A DNA stretch of 50,483 bases from an uncultured Oligoflexus sp. (GCA_964236955.1 CAXSGP010000026.1:1-50483); one strand, 5' to 3'; positions 29,867 to 39,778 are shown, counted from the first letter of the stretch. Translations and numbers: made by a program. Notes: generated from the sequence alone by a model not told the origin.

Positions 29867-30154
29867 TTATAGACTTTTTTTAGTGGGTAAATAACGTATT
29901 TCAAAAAGGAAAGTGCCTAAGGGTAACACAGCCGCGAGCAGGCTGAGTAACCAAATCTTTTTCGACCAATGGTTTTCAAGGGCCAGATAATTGGCTGCTG
30001 CGATGTAGAGGATAAAGAGCATTCCATGAGCCATACCCACGGCCTTCACTGCTTCCGGGTGACCAAAAATGTATTTTAGTGGCATGGCTATGAGGATAAG
30101 AATGAGAAAAGAGGAGCCTTCAAGGCGTCCGACCCAGCGAAAAGCGTTCATCAT
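29867..30154 (-). CDS. DUF3817 family small membrane protein
   Basis: FRWVGRLEGSSFLILILIAMPLKY, GMAHGMLFILY, LPLGTF. Confidence 0.85.
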   Translation of the reverse strand: MMNAFRWVGRLEGSSFLILILIAMPLKYIFGHPEAVKAVGMAHGMLFILYIAAANYLALENHWSKKIWLLSLLAAVLPLGTFLFEIRYLPTKKSL

Positions 30155-30253
30155 GCACGGCCTCATTATTTAGGATAGAACCAGTTAATTAAGTTCTGAA
30201 TCTACTTTTTAATCGCAAAGGTCGCCGAAGCTCAAGAGCTATCCCCCGACCGA

Positions 30254-30269
30254 CGGCATAAAATATGCA
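30254..30269 (+). promoter_or_regulatory. Candidate sigma54 promoter for stressosome operon
   Basis: CGGCATA-AAAT-ATGCA with exact GG-N10-GC spacing, about 230 nt before rsbR. Confidence 0.4.
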
Positions 30270-30497
30270 ATGATCCTTCCGAAGGCTTTTCTCATATCTT
30301 ATGATGTCATTTAGCCTTGCATAGATTTGATAGGCCTATGACTTGGCAGAAGGACATTTAATGCCTGAAATATTATGGGCTTTTAGGGATGTTGATCTCA
30401 AGATATCCATTGCCTCGCTCTAAAGACCTGTTTAAAGCTAGGTCTGCCGAAAAAAGATGAAGCGCGTCGCCGATCCCCATCGATCAGGAAGGTTAAC

Positions 30498-31355
30498 ATG
30501 AAACTTCAATTTCCAGAGATTATCAAACAGGCTGAAAAGCAGATTTTCGATGGCTGGATCACCGAGCAACTTGCAGCGTCCACTATGCGTCGCGACCTGA
30601 TTTCCGAGCATGAACTTCGTGAGCAATCGACAAGTTTTCTCGACGCTTTAGGCACAGCGATTCGAGGCGATTTTACCACCGACATCACAAGGCCCATATG
30701 GAAAGAATCCAGGGAAATACTCGAAGGCATCACCCGCTCACGTGCCCGCCTTGGATTCTCTCCGACCGAGACGGCAACATTTGTGTTCTCGCTCAAAAGC
30801 GTGGTCTATCATCAACTCGTCAGGAAGCTCCCGCCCGAAGCTGTCGCCGAAGAAATCTGGTCGATCACCGAATTGTTGGACAAACTCGGACTTTTCACCA
30901 CGGAATCCTATCAAAAAAGTCGGGAGGAAGTGATTCGGCGTCAGCAAACCGATATGCTGGAGCTTTCCACCCCGGTGATTGAACTGGCCGAAGGCATCAT
31001 CGCGCTGCCTCTTATCGGCACTCTCGACAGCAATCGTGCCCAGACAGTGATGGAAGTTCTGCTGGAAAGCATTGTTTCCTCTAACGCTGATATCGCCATC
31101 ATCGATATCACCGGCGTGCCGACGGTTGATACTCTCGTAGCGCAACATTTGATGAAAACGGTGGCCGCGGCCCGCTTGATGGGCGCCGATTGCCTGATTA
31201 GCGGCATTCGCCCCCAGATCGCTCAAACTATCGTCCAACTCGGCATCGACCTAGGCCACGTGCATACCAAGGCCAGTCTCGCTGATGCTTTTAAACTGGC
31301 CTTAAAACAGCGCGGGCTGGGAATCGGAAAAATTCAAAGGACGGGTACGGTTTAA
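30498..31355 (+). CDS. rsbR: Stressosome scaffold RsbR (RsbRD_N-type N-domain + STAS)
   Basis: RARLGFSPTETATFVFSLK; LELSTPVI, LPLIGTLDSNRAQ, IDITGVPTVDT, ISGIRPQIAQT. Confidence 0.92.
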   Translation: MKLQFPEIIKQAEKQIFDGWITEQLAASTMRRDLISEHELREQSTSFLDALGTAIRGDFTTDITRPIWKESREILEGITRSRARLGFSPTETATFVFSLKSVVYHQLVRKLPPEAVAEEIWSITELLDKLGLFTTESYQKSREEVIRRQQTDMLELSTPVIELAEGIIALPLIGTLDSNRAQTVMEVLLESIVSSNADIAIIDITGVPTVDTLVAQHLMKTVAAARLMGADCLISGIRPQIAQTIVQLGIDLGHVHTKASLADAFKLALKQRGLGIGKIQRTGTV

Positions 31356-31356
31356 C

Positions 31357-31773
31357 ATGGAACGTATACCGATTTTAAAATTGGGGCCGATTCTTCTCGT
31401 GACGATACAGGTCGATATGCACGATAGGCTTGCCATCGCCCTGCAGGACGATTTAACTCAGAAAATAGTCGAAAAGAAGGCCAGGGGTGTCATGCTCGAT
31501 ATTTCCGCCTTAGATATGGTCGACTCCTTTATAGCCCGAACGATTGCGCATATTGCCTCGATTGGGCGTCTATTGGATTGCTGTACCGTGGTTGTCGGCA
31601 TGCAGCCCGCCGTCGCGATCACACTCGTTGAATTAGGCCTTACCTTAAACGGAGTCAAGACTGCCCTCGATGTGGAAAAGGGCATTAAATGGCTTGAAAG
31701 CAAAGTCGGCTCTGAAATTGACCCTTTGCATGGCAATTTAGATAGGGCTGCCGATGCACATAGTGAAGACTGA
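31357..31773 (+). CDS. rsbS: Stressosome STAS protein RsbS
   Basis: RIPILKL, LDISALDMVDSF (phospho-Ser), VVGMQPAVAITLVELGL. Confidence 0.92.
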   Translation: MERIPILKLGPILLVTIQVDMHDRLAIALQDDLTQKIVEKKARGVMLDISALDMVDSFIARTIAHIASIGRLLDCCTVVVGMQPAVAITLVELGLTLNGVKTALDVEKGIKWLESKVGSEIDPLHGNLDRAADAHSED

Positions 31774-32158
31774 AATGCTTTCCATACGCATCGAAAATCA
31801 TGTGGTGGACGTGAGGCAAAGCGTTCGCAAATGGTCGGCAGCCCTGCAGTTTAGTTTAACTGAACAGACCAAGATGGTGACCGCCGCCAGCGAGATTGCC
31901 CGCAACACCTTGGTCTATGGTCGGGGCGGTGATGTGCTGCTGGAAGAACTTAGTGATTCCGGCAGGCGAGGCCTTCGGATGATATTTATCGATCAGGGCC
32001 CAGGTATCGCCGATATAGAAAAAGCTCTGACTGATGGCTATACCTCAGGCAGCGGCCTTGGTTTGGGGCTGGGGGGATCAAAACGTTTGGTGCATGATTT
32101 TGACATCAGCACGACCCTTGGTGTTGGAACCAGGATAACTCTCACCCGTTGGAAATGA
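31754..32158 (+). CDS. rsbT: Stressosome Ser/Thr kinase RsbT
   Basis: VTAASEIARN, DQGPGIADIEKALTDGYTSGSGLGLGLGGSKRL. Confidence 0.92.
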   Translation: MHIVKTEMLSIRIENHVVDVRQSVRKWSAALQFSLTEQTKMVTAASEIARNTLVYGRGGDVLLEELSDSGRRGLRMIFIDQGPGIADIEKALTDGYTSGSGLGLGLGGSKRLVHDFDISTTLGVGTRITLTRWK

Positions 32159-32161
32159 TGC

Positions 32162-33181
32162 ATGAGAATGAGCGAACACCTCAGCGTTACAGATCCCAGT
32201 GCTATCGGTGAGGTGCGCCGCGTTGCGGTTCGCCTGGCGGGAGCGCTTGGTTTCAATGAAGATTTAAAAGGGCGCGTGGCCATCGTTTCAAATGAACTAT
32301 CGAGCAATCAGTTAAAGCATGCAAAAGCGGGCGATATTATCATCACCAGCGAGCAGATGGGAGACCACTCCAAACTTGAAATCATTGCTTACGATCAAGG
32401 CCCTGGTATGGAGAATGTCAGTCGCTGTATGCAGGATGGCTTTTCGACCAGCGGAACGGCTGGTGGAGGGTTGGGTGCCATTTCCCGGTTGCCTCAAGTC
32501 TTTGATATCTATTCGCGCCCTGGTAAAGGCACGGTCATTTATTGCTCGTTTTATGTCAATCTCCCAGAGACTGTCGCGCCCATGGAATGGGGTGGCGTCA
32601 CTCTCAATTATCCCGGAGAATTCGTTTCTGGTGATGCCTTCGCCTCTTTTGACAGCGAAAACTTTTCCGCAGTGATCGTCGTCGATGGAATTGGCCATGG
32701 ACTTGAAGCCAATGAGGCCGCTCAGGCTGCGGTCAAGAGCTTTCATGATTGCGTTGATCAATCCACCGCGGAAATTTTACAAAATGTTCACAAAGCGTTG
32801 TTTAAAACCCGCGGTGCCGCGGCAGCGATCGCTCGGATTGATTATGTAAAAAACGAACTGAGCTATTCGGCCCTTGGCAATATCACGGGACAGATCGTCA
32901 GGGAATCAGGTATTCAGTCCCTTATAAGTCTGGATGGAATCGCAGGACACATCGCCAGGCGGATTCAAACCGTGACTTATCCGTGGTCGAACGATTCGCT
33001 TTTGATTATGCACAGCGACGGCATTTCTTCTCGCATGCGTTTGGAAGCGGAAGTTTATCCCGGTATTGCCATGAGAAGGGCAGGACTCATATCGGGACTG
33101 ATGATGCGTGACGGCAAGCGTGGGCGGGATGATGCCACGGTCATTGTCGGTAGGGCGAATAAGCTAGGATATAGGCATTGA
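32162..33181 (+). CDS. RsbT-like HATPase fused to PP2C/SpoIIE phosphatase (RsbX-like)
   Basis: N-terminal ELSSN..KHA, DQGPG, GGGLGAI; C-terminal SGDA, VVDGIGHG, MHSDGI, RDDATV. Confidence 0.85.
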   Translation: MRMSEHLSVTDPSAIGEVRRVAVRLAGALGFNEDLKGRVAIVSNELSSNQLKHAKAGDIIITSEQMGDHSKLEIIAYDQGPGMENVSRCMQDGFSTSGTAGGGLGAISRLPQVFDIYSRPGKGTVIYCSFYVNLPETVAPMEWGGVTLNYPGEFVSGDAFASFDSENFSAVIVVDGIGHGLEANEAAQAAVKSFHDCVDQSTAEILQNVHKALFKTRGAAAAIARIDYVKNELSYSALGNITGQIVRESGIQSLISLDGIAGHIARRIQTVTYPWSNDSLLIMHSDGISSRMRLEAEVYPGIAMRRAGLISGLMMRDGKRGRDDATVIVGRANKLGYRH

Positions 33182-34926
33182 TAATTCTCATGCGCTTAGA
33201 GCTTCGGGAAGAACCCGACTTAGTCCATTGCCGGCAACGCGCGAGGCAAATCGCGAAATTGTTGGAAATGGATTCTCTCCAGCAAACTCAATTCTCGACC
33301 GCCGTTTCCGAGATTGCAAGGAATGCCTTGCGTTATGCCGGAAGCGCTAAGGTAAATTTCAGTCTCCGGAACGAAATGCCCTTGAAGCTGGAAGTCAAAA
33401 TTAAAGATCAGGGTCCTGGTATACCCGATATCGCAGCGGCTGTCGCTTCGCCTCAGGGCATGGGCCTTAAAGGCGCTCATCGCCTGATGGATGATTGCGC
33501 TATCGAAAGTAGCGCAGGTGCAGGGACAGCAGTGACCCTCGTCAAAATAATCAATCGCGTCGCTCCCCTTACAGCTGCGGAAAGCGCGACTCTCATCGAT
33601 AAGCTTTTGCTTATGAGGCCTTCCGACGCGATGTCGGAGGTCAGGCTGCAGAATTCCGAACTTCTCTTATCCCTCGAAGAAGCCAAAAAGCAGCAGGAGG
33701 TGGCACTTGGGTACCAGAGGCAGCTTGAGGCGCTTAATAAAGAACTTGCGGACACCAATCGTGGTGTGATCGCCCTTAATATAGAACTTGAGGATCAGGC
33801 GAAAAGGGTTAAAGACGCCAGCGAGGTCAAAGCCCGCTTTCTTTCGCACGTAACCCATGAGTTTCGAACGCCGGTGAACAGTATGCTGTCGATGAGCCGC
33901 ATTCTTCTCACAAGTGCCAGTCCTCTGGATGCTGACCAAAAAAAGCAGATTAGCTTTATTCGGCAGGCCGCAGAGGGTCTCTCGGAGATGGTCAATGATC
34001 TTCTCGATACCGTAAAAGCGGACGCCGGTCGCATGACGGTTATGAATTCTCACATCCAACTGTCTGAGATATTTGATACTCTTCGCGCGATGTTTCGTCC
34101 CCTCATACCTACTGACCGCAGAATTGAACTTGTTATCGAAGACAATGAAAATATCCCAACTTTTATCTCGGATGAAACAAAAATATCGCAGATTCTTAGG
34201 AATTTTATCTCAAATTCCCTGAAATTTACGGAGGATGGGCAAATTCATGTCCAGGCCGGGGTGGACTCCGGCGGCCTGCTCAGAATCACCGTTCATGACA
34301 CAGGCATTGGAATTGCCGATGAACATCAAGGTATGATCTTTGAGGAGTTCATGCAGGTACAGGGTCCGCACCAGAGACTGGGTAAAGGCACGGGCTTGGG
34401 ATTGCCCTTGGCGAGGAAACTGGCTCGGCTCCTTGATGGCGAGGTTCATGTAGCGAGCAGTCTCGGCAAGGGATCCTCCTTTTCATTGACACTGCCCTTA
34501 CGGGTCGATGAGGGATGTGTTGATCCGGCTCCAAATGCCAGGCGAATTCTGATGATAGATGATGATCCTGCGCAGCATTATATTTTGCAAAACGCCGTAA
34601 ATGGTTTTCAGTGTGATACAGCTTATGCTTTGAACGGTCGGGAAGGTCTAGGTCTTGCGGCTTCATTTCTTCCTGATTTGATCGTACTCGATGTCCGTAT
34701 GCCTGGTATGGATGGATTTGAGGTCCTGGGGCAGTTAAAAGAAAACCCATTAACACAATCCATACCGGTGCTGTTGAATAGTACCATTCAACATTCTATG
34801 GACGAATTCCCGGAGCTTGGCAAAAGGCCGGCAGCTATTTTGATGAAAGGCTTTTACAGTCGGGACGCCATGCTACGGCAAATTAGAAAGCTCCTTCAAT
34901 TGGCAGATCGGAAAGAAAATTTATGA
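33178..34926 (+). CDS. Hybrid histidine kinase (RsbT-like N-domain, coiled coil, HisKA, HATPase, REC)
   Basis: TAVSEIARNA..DQGPGI, EL.DTNRGV.AL, HEFRTPVN, NFISNSLKFT, GTGLGL, LDVRMPGMDG; TTG start overlapping the upstream stop. Confidence 0.9.
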   Translation: MIILMRLELREEPDLVHCRQRARQIAKLLEMDSLQQTQFSTAVSEIARNALRYAGSAKVNFSLRNEMPLKLEVKIKDQGPGIPDIAAAVASPQGMGLKGAHRLMDDCAIESSAGAGTAVTLVKIINRVAPLTAAESATLIDKLLLMRPSDAMSEVRLQNSELLLSLEEAKKQQEVALGYQRQLEALNKELADTNRGVIALNIELEDQAKRVKDASEVKARFLSHVTHEFRTPVNSMLSMSRILLTSASPLDADQKKQISFIRQAAEGLSEMVNDLLDTVKADAGRMTVMNSHIQLSEIFDTLRAMFRPLIPTDRRIELVIEDNENIPTFISDETKISQILRNFISNSLKFTEDGQIHVQAGVDSGGLLRITVHDTGIGIADEHQGMIFEEFMQVQGPHQRLGKGTGLGLPLARKLARLLDGEVHVASSLGKGSSFSLTLPLRVDEGCVDPAPNARRILMIDDDPAQHYILQNAVNGFQCDTAYALNGREGLGLAASFLPDLIVLDVRMPGMDGFEVLGQLKENPLTQSIPVLLNSTIQHSMDEFPELGKRPAAILMKGFYSRDAMLRQIRKLLQLADRKENL

Positions 34927-36848
34927 AAGATAATTTCGTTTCTGCTGGTTCTCATGTCTCTCCGACTACGGGATCGCCCTGTATTCTTGTTGTCGATGAT
35001 GAGGAAGCGACCCGCTATGCTCAGGTCTGGGCTCTCGAGCGGGCCAATTTCAAAGTTTTAGAGGCCGCTACAGGTCAAAAGTGTCTTGAACTCCTGGCCC
35101 AAGCTCCCGATCTGATCGTCCTCGATGTGCTCCTTCCTGATATCTCAGGATTTGAGCTGTGCCGCATAATCAAGGGCAATCCAGCGACGGCTTCGATACC
35201 CATCCTGCATATGTCAGCCTGTTATCTGACTTCGGCGGATAAAACCCAGGGCCTGGAACTCGGTGCCGATGCTTATCTCATCCATCCTGTGGAAGCCCCT
35301 GAACTCCTTGCCACGGTCAGGGCATTGCTGCGGGTGCGGGAATCGGAAGGTCGGGCTAACGTAGCTGCACGCCTTTGGCAGTCTACCTTCGATGCCATTC
35401 AGGACGGCGTGTGTTTGCTCAATAATGAGGGGGTTATCCTGAGCGGCAATCGAGCCCTGCTGGAAATCGTCACGCCTTGGGAACCAGGCACTCGCCTCAA
35501 TCAGTTGATTCCCTCTATTCCGGCGGGGATTGAAGATTCGAAACCACAGGATATTGGTATTGGCGAGCGTTGGTACAGCCTCGAGATGAATCCGGTCGAG
35601 ACAGGAGGCCGCGTCTGCACATTGCGGGATGTGACCGAACGACGGTTGGCTGAAACGGAAATTCTCAACGCCAAAAAAATGGCGGAAGCTGCGAACCAAT
35701 CCAAATCTATGTTTTTGGCGAACATGAGTCATGAGATACGGACTCCCCTGGGAGCGATGCTCGGGTTTGCCGGGCTCTTGAAAGAAAACGGTCTTTCGAA
35801 AGAGGAAAGACTGCAATTTCTCGATACCATTGTCAGAAATGGCCTCAATCTCACCCTGCTTATCGATGACATTCTTGATCTTTCCAAGGTTGAGGCGGAA
35901 AAGATGGAATTCGCGCAGATTCCCGTCGATATCTATGCACTGCTGGAGGAGGTTAAAGTTTCCATTGGCGTCCTGGCTTCGGCGAAAGATGTCCTGCTCA
36001 GTTCGCATTGGGGAGAATCGACCCCGCACGTGGTTTTATCTGACCCGGCCCGTATCAGGCAGATCCTGACCAATATCATAGGCAACGCCGTAAAGTTTAC
36101 GGCCCATGGCAAGGTCGAGGTGAAGGTCGGGCAGGAAGATGATTTTATTCATTTCGAAGTTATAGATACCGGGCGCGGTATCGCCATGGATAACGTCGAC
36201 ATCTTATTTCAGCCTTTCTCGCAAGGCGATAGCTCCACGACTCGGCGTTTTGGTGGCACGGGATTGGGACTCGTCCTCTCTAAGCAGCTGGCGAAGGGGC
36301 TCGGCGGTGACGTAGTACTTTTCAACAGCGAGCTCGGCAAGGGCAGTAATTTTCGAATCACAATTCGCGCCTATCGGTCGATGTTAGAAGTCAAGGGCAG
36401 CGTAAAGCTGGATGCTGGTGCCAATGACCTTTCGTGGTTAAAGATATTAATTGCTGACGACTCGGCTGATAACCGCCTCCTATTGAGGCGAATCCTGAAG
36501 CGCCAGGGCATTGACGCTTCGGTTGTGGAAAACGGACTGGAGGCGGTGCGGTTTGCCAACGAATTTGATATGATTTTGATGGACATACAGATGCCTATAC
36601 TCGATGGCTATTATGCAACCGCCCGACTGCGTGCCAACGGATACGAGGGGCCCATTATCGCCCTGACGGCGCATGCCATGAAGGAGGAACGCGATCGTTG
36701 CCTGGCAATAGGCTGCAGTGAATATTTGACGAAGCCTATCGATGTTCCGCAGCTGATTCATGCCATAGCCCATCATGCGCGGGGTCTGAAACCTAGCCCT
36801 CGGCAGCCCTATTTGAATGAAAGCGGAGATCGCCCCATTCCGAATTGA
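34923..36848 (+). CDS. Hybrid histidine kinase (REC-PAS-HisKA-HATPase-REC)
   Basis: ILVVDDE..LDVLLPD, FDAIQDGV PAS, FLANMSHEIRTPL, NIIGNAVKFT, LMDIQMP. Confidence 0.92.
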   Translation: MKDNFVSAGSHVSPTTGSPCILVVDDEEATRYAQVWALERANFKVLEAATGQKCLELLAQAPDLIVLDVLLPDISGFELCRIIKGNPATASIPILHMSACYLTSADKTQGLELGADAYLIHPVEAPELLATVRALLRVRESEGRANVAARLWQSTFDAIQDGVCLLNNEGVILSGNRALLEIVTPWEPGTRLNQLIPSIPAGIEDSKPQDIGIGERWYSLEMNPVETGGRVCTLRDVTERRLAETEILNAKKMAEAANQSKSMFLANMSHEIRTPLGAMLGFAGLLKENGLSKEERLQFLDTIVRNGLNLTLLIDDILDLSKVEAEKMEFAQIPVDIYALLEEVKVSIGVLASAKDVLLSSHWGESTPHVVLSDPARIRQILTNIIGNAVKFTAHGKVEVKVGQEDDFIHFEVIDTGRGIAMDNVDILFQPFSQGDSSTTRRFGGTGLGLVLSKQLAKGLGGDVVLFNSELGKGSNFRITIRAYRSMLEVKGSVKLDAGANDLSWLKILIADDSADNRLLLRRILKRQGIDASVVENGLEAVRFANEFDMILMDIQMPILDGYYATARLRANGYEGPIIALTAHAMKEERDRCLAIGCSEYLTKPIDVPQLIHAIAHHARGLKPSPRQPYLNESGDRPIPN

Positions 36849-37414
36849 TACCTGCTTCTAGGCTCCAGGGTGGAAAAGGGGACATGGACTTCTGCTTCTG
36901 CTGCTCGCGTTTCTGAGTTGCTTTTCACAAAATTTTTCTCAAGCCCTTCCTCAAGGCATGGTCTCTACGGATAGAAATAGAGCTTCTCTCGAGGCCATCC
37001 TAATTTGAGTTGCTGCCAAGACCTTGGCCCTTGAATCCTTAGGGACTGCATCAAAACCTCTGTCTCTTGCCTTGTGGTTACGACAAATTCCCTTAATAAA
37101 GACAGGGCAATCGACCTGCCAAAAACACCGAACCGGTTCCGAGCCTTTTTTTTCAGGCCATCCACTTAGGGACCGGCCCACTGAAATCGTGTTTACAAAA
37201 TCGAAAACAGAAGATTTTTGATATTGAAAGGAGCGTCGAGAATTCGCCAAAATTTGTATTTCCAAGCCCATCAATGAACAAAAAGGACCTCGTATCCCAT
37301 TGATATGAAATAATATTTTGGCTTAGACATGGTCGTAATTAAGTGAAGGTTTTTACCTTCGGACAAGCATTTCCCTCTTTCGCGTTGGCACCGTGTTGTG
37401 ACATCTTTCATGTG

Positions 37415-37520
37415 AGCCCGAAGAGCCCTAAGAGAGCTTCGGGAAGGTTGGATGCTTTGCGGATCTCCACGAAGAGTGCGAAAGCAAGGGTGAAAGACCC
37501 GAGCACTGAGTGGAATCTCT
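37415..37520 (+). ncRNA. Candidate structured leader RNA upstream of OmpA-family lipoprotein
   Basis: Hairpin CCCGAAG/CTTCGGG, then nested stems TCCAC/GTGGA, GTGC/GCAC, GGGT-GAAAG-ACCC with a GAAGA/GA k-turn-like internal loop; no family assignment. Confidence 0.35.
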
Positions 37521-37611
37521 TTGATACTAAAGCCGCTTTTCAAATGTGTTTAGCGATCGGGCTTTGTATCAGACATTAAAATTCTTGCCTAAAAATTTTT
37601 GGAGAGAACCT

Positions 37612-38940
37612 GTGAAATTTAAACACGCATCGATTCTAACAGCTTTTCTGTCCATCGCAGCAGCTTGTAGTACAACTCCTGCCGTAGAGAACTTTCCAGT
37701 CGACGCGAACCCAACTGACGAAGTCAAAAAGCTGGAAACCGATTTGGATAAAGCCGTCATCAACCAAGTCGACGTGCTTGCTCCCAAGAATTATGGCGAT
37801 GCCCGTGATGCTTGGAAAGGTGCTAAAAAGCATCTTGAAGGTAAAGATAACGCAAAAGATGTCCTGGCTGAAGTTGCTGAAGGCCGTGCCTATTTAAAAC
37901 GTGCGGAAGAATTTGCGAAAGTCGGTACTGCAAACTTGGGTGACGTGGTGGCGGCTCGCCAGTTGGCCCTGAAAGAAAGCGCCAAAGACAACTTTGGTAC
38001 AGAATTTCGTAAAGCCGACAATGAATTGAAAGAAGTCACTGAAGATATTGAAAAGAATAAATTGGAATCCGCTGCCAAAAAACGCACTGAGCTCCAAGGT
38101 CAATATCTTGACCTCGAACTTCGCGGTATACGCCGTAAAGCCCTTGCTCAGGCCGAAGGCATTGTAAAAGACGCCGAACGCAAGGATGCTGAAAAATGGG
38201 CACCCCGTACACTGGCTGTTGCTCAAAAAAGCATCAAAGATGCCGATGCTTATATCATCGCTAATCGTCATGATGAAGCTCAAATCAAGGTTTTGTCTGA
38301 CAAGGCGTTGGCTGATGCGCAACACGTAGTTCAGGTCACTGGTTCGGCTAAATCCGGCGAGAAAACCACTTCAGAGGAAGCCGCTCTTCGCATGGAGGCA
38401 GCGAACCAGGCAGTCACTGCCAAACAAGCCGAGCTCGCAAACACCGAAGCTAAATTGAGTCAAACGGCTGCGGCAGCGTCCAGTGCCGAGGGCGCTTTGG
38501 CTGCTAAGCAAGCAACGGAACAAAAGTACGAGCATGCTCGCTCTTTGTTCGCCAAGAATGAAGCAGAGGTCTATCGTCAAGGCAATGCGATCGTTATCCG
38601 TCTTCGCAATCTGGAATTCGATTCAGCCAAGGCTGACCTGAAGGGCTCAAATTTCCCGATCCTTGCTAAAGTGCAAAGCGTAATAGCTGAGTTTCCAGCA
38701 AGCCAAGTCACTGTCGAAGGTCATACGGATTCAAAAGGTGGCAAAGCCATTAACGAAAAAGTGTCTCAAGCCCGTGCCGAGGCCGTTAAGTCTTACTTTG
38801 AATCGAACGCTAAGGCTGAAGGCGCTAAGTATTCAGCAGTCGGCTACGGCTTCCAAAAGCCCCTGGCTACCAATAAGACGGAAACAGGTCGCGCTCAAAA
38901 CCGTCGCGTTGACATCGTAATTCAACCTCAAAACATGTAA
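37612..38940 (+). CDS. OmpA-family peptidoglycan-binding lipoprotein with long helical region
   Basis: GGAG RBS plus GTG at 37612; lipobox IAAAC; C-terminal F...KA.L, VEGHTDS.G, S..RA..V, GYG...P..TN.T..GRAQNRRVDI. Confidence 0.92.
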   Translation: MKFKHASILTAFLSIAAACSTTPAVENFPVDANPTDEVKKLETDLDKAVINQVDVLAPKNYGDARDAWKGAKKHLEGKDNAKDVLAEVAEGRAYLKRAEEFAKVGTANLGDVVAARQLALKESAKDNFGTEFRKADNELKEVTEDIEKNKLESAAKKRTELQGQYLDLELRGIRRKALAQAEGIVKDAERKDAEKWAPRTLAVAQKSIKDADAYIIANRHDEAQIKVLSDKALADAQHVVQVTGSAKSGEKTTSEEAALRMEAANQAVTAKQAELANTEAKLSQTAAAASSAEGALAAKQATEQKYEHARSLFAKNEAEVYRQGNAIVIRLRNLEFDSAKADLKGSNFPILAKVQSVIAEFPASQVTVEGHTDSKGGKAINEKVSQARAEAVKSYFESNAKAEGAKYSAVGYGFQKPLATNKTETGRAQNRRVDIVIQPQNM

Positions 38941-38948
38941 TCTTCAAT

Positions 38949-38984
38949 AAAATACCCGTGACTTTCGAGTCACGGGTATTTTTT
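38949..38984 (+). terminator. Strong, probably bidirectional, Rho-independent terminator
   Basis: AAAATACCCGTGACT-TTCG-AGTCACGGGTATTTT followed by TT. Confidence 0.9.
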
Positions 38985-39067
38985 CGTCCGAAATTTTAAA
39001 GCAAAGAAGCGTATTAATAAGGCGATGGAAGCTTTGAGACCCTCGACGAGTCTGCTTTTCTTCTTCA

Positions 39068-39091
39068 CTTTCTCTTTCTCTTTCTCTTTCT
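39068..39091. repeat. (CTTTCT)4 hexanucleotide tandem repeat
   Basis: Four exact copies just after the stop of the 39098 gene. Confidence 0.8.
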
Positions 39092-39097
39092 CCTTGT

Positions 39098-39778
39098 CTA
39101 TTGGCAAGCTTCTAAATCGACGATAAGATCCACCCGATTTTTATCCAGTGACATTTCGACCGCAACACTGTCCTGTGGCCTCTTTACGTAAAGAAGCAGA
39201 TCAAGTCCCATAATTTTAGCTTGCCCGCACTTTATTTCTGAAAGTAGCTTTCTTGTTTCCAAAGCATCAGTATCGATATGAAATGCCTTCTTCACGTTGG
39301 TAAAGGCCTCGGCCTGGTCGTAATTTACGATAGTCGTGCCCAGCGTATCCATACCAAGAGTCAGCTGAGCCATGGTTTTCATATCGGTCTGCATAGGTTT
39401 ACTTAGGTTAAATGCCGAATCCGCTTCAATGCTTACAATTTTTTTGCCAGGCAGGGGATTAAGCGCAACGCGTATCGCGCAATCCCTGGCAAATTCCAGA
39501 TTGGTCTGGCCCTGGTCTTTAGGGACTGGACTTTCCAGTTTTAAATTTTTGACCATAAAACGCAGACGGTGACGATTCAGAAATGGCGGAATTGGAGGTG
39601 TGGCATCGAGCGTGACGTTGCCGTCCCTTTCATCAAGCTGTCCATGACAGCCCGACCCTAGCGCGCTCCAGTCATAGATGAACTCGTGACTCCGCTTTGC
39701 TTTAAGATTTTCACTGCGATCGATCGCATATAGGGGCAGAGAGCTAATCACGACAACGCTCAGGCAATAAAATCTCAT
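39098..39778 (-). CDS. Secreted DUF4360-like protein (divergent)
   Basis: Signal peptide, ALGSGC motif and conserved Cys pattern (RDCAIRV, terminal EACQ) paralleling the neighbouring gene. Confidence 0.55.
   Translation of the reverse strand: MRFYCLSVVVISSLPLYAIDRSENLKAKRSHEFIYDWSALGSGCHGQLDERDGNVTLDATPPIPPFLNRHRLRFMVKNLKLESPVPKDQGQTNLEFARDCAIRVALNPLPGKKIVSIEADSAFNLSKPMQTDMKTMAQLTLGMDTLGTTIVNYDQAEAFTNVKKAFHIDTDALETRKLLSEIKCGQAKIMGLDLLLYVKRPQDSVAVEMSLDKNRVDLIVDLEACQ

Noticed and set aside
37415..37520. Assignment of the leader to c-di-GMP-I/II, glycine, c-di-AMP riboswitch or hammerhead ribozyme
   Set aside because: Conserved cores (for example GGCAAA...CGCAAAGC, CUGANGA, CUCUCAGG) are not present by eye; left unclassified
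36951..37579. Several 65-107 aa ORFs between the last kinase and ompA
   Set aside because: Mutually overlapping, no clear RBS or motifs; cannot be supported as genes
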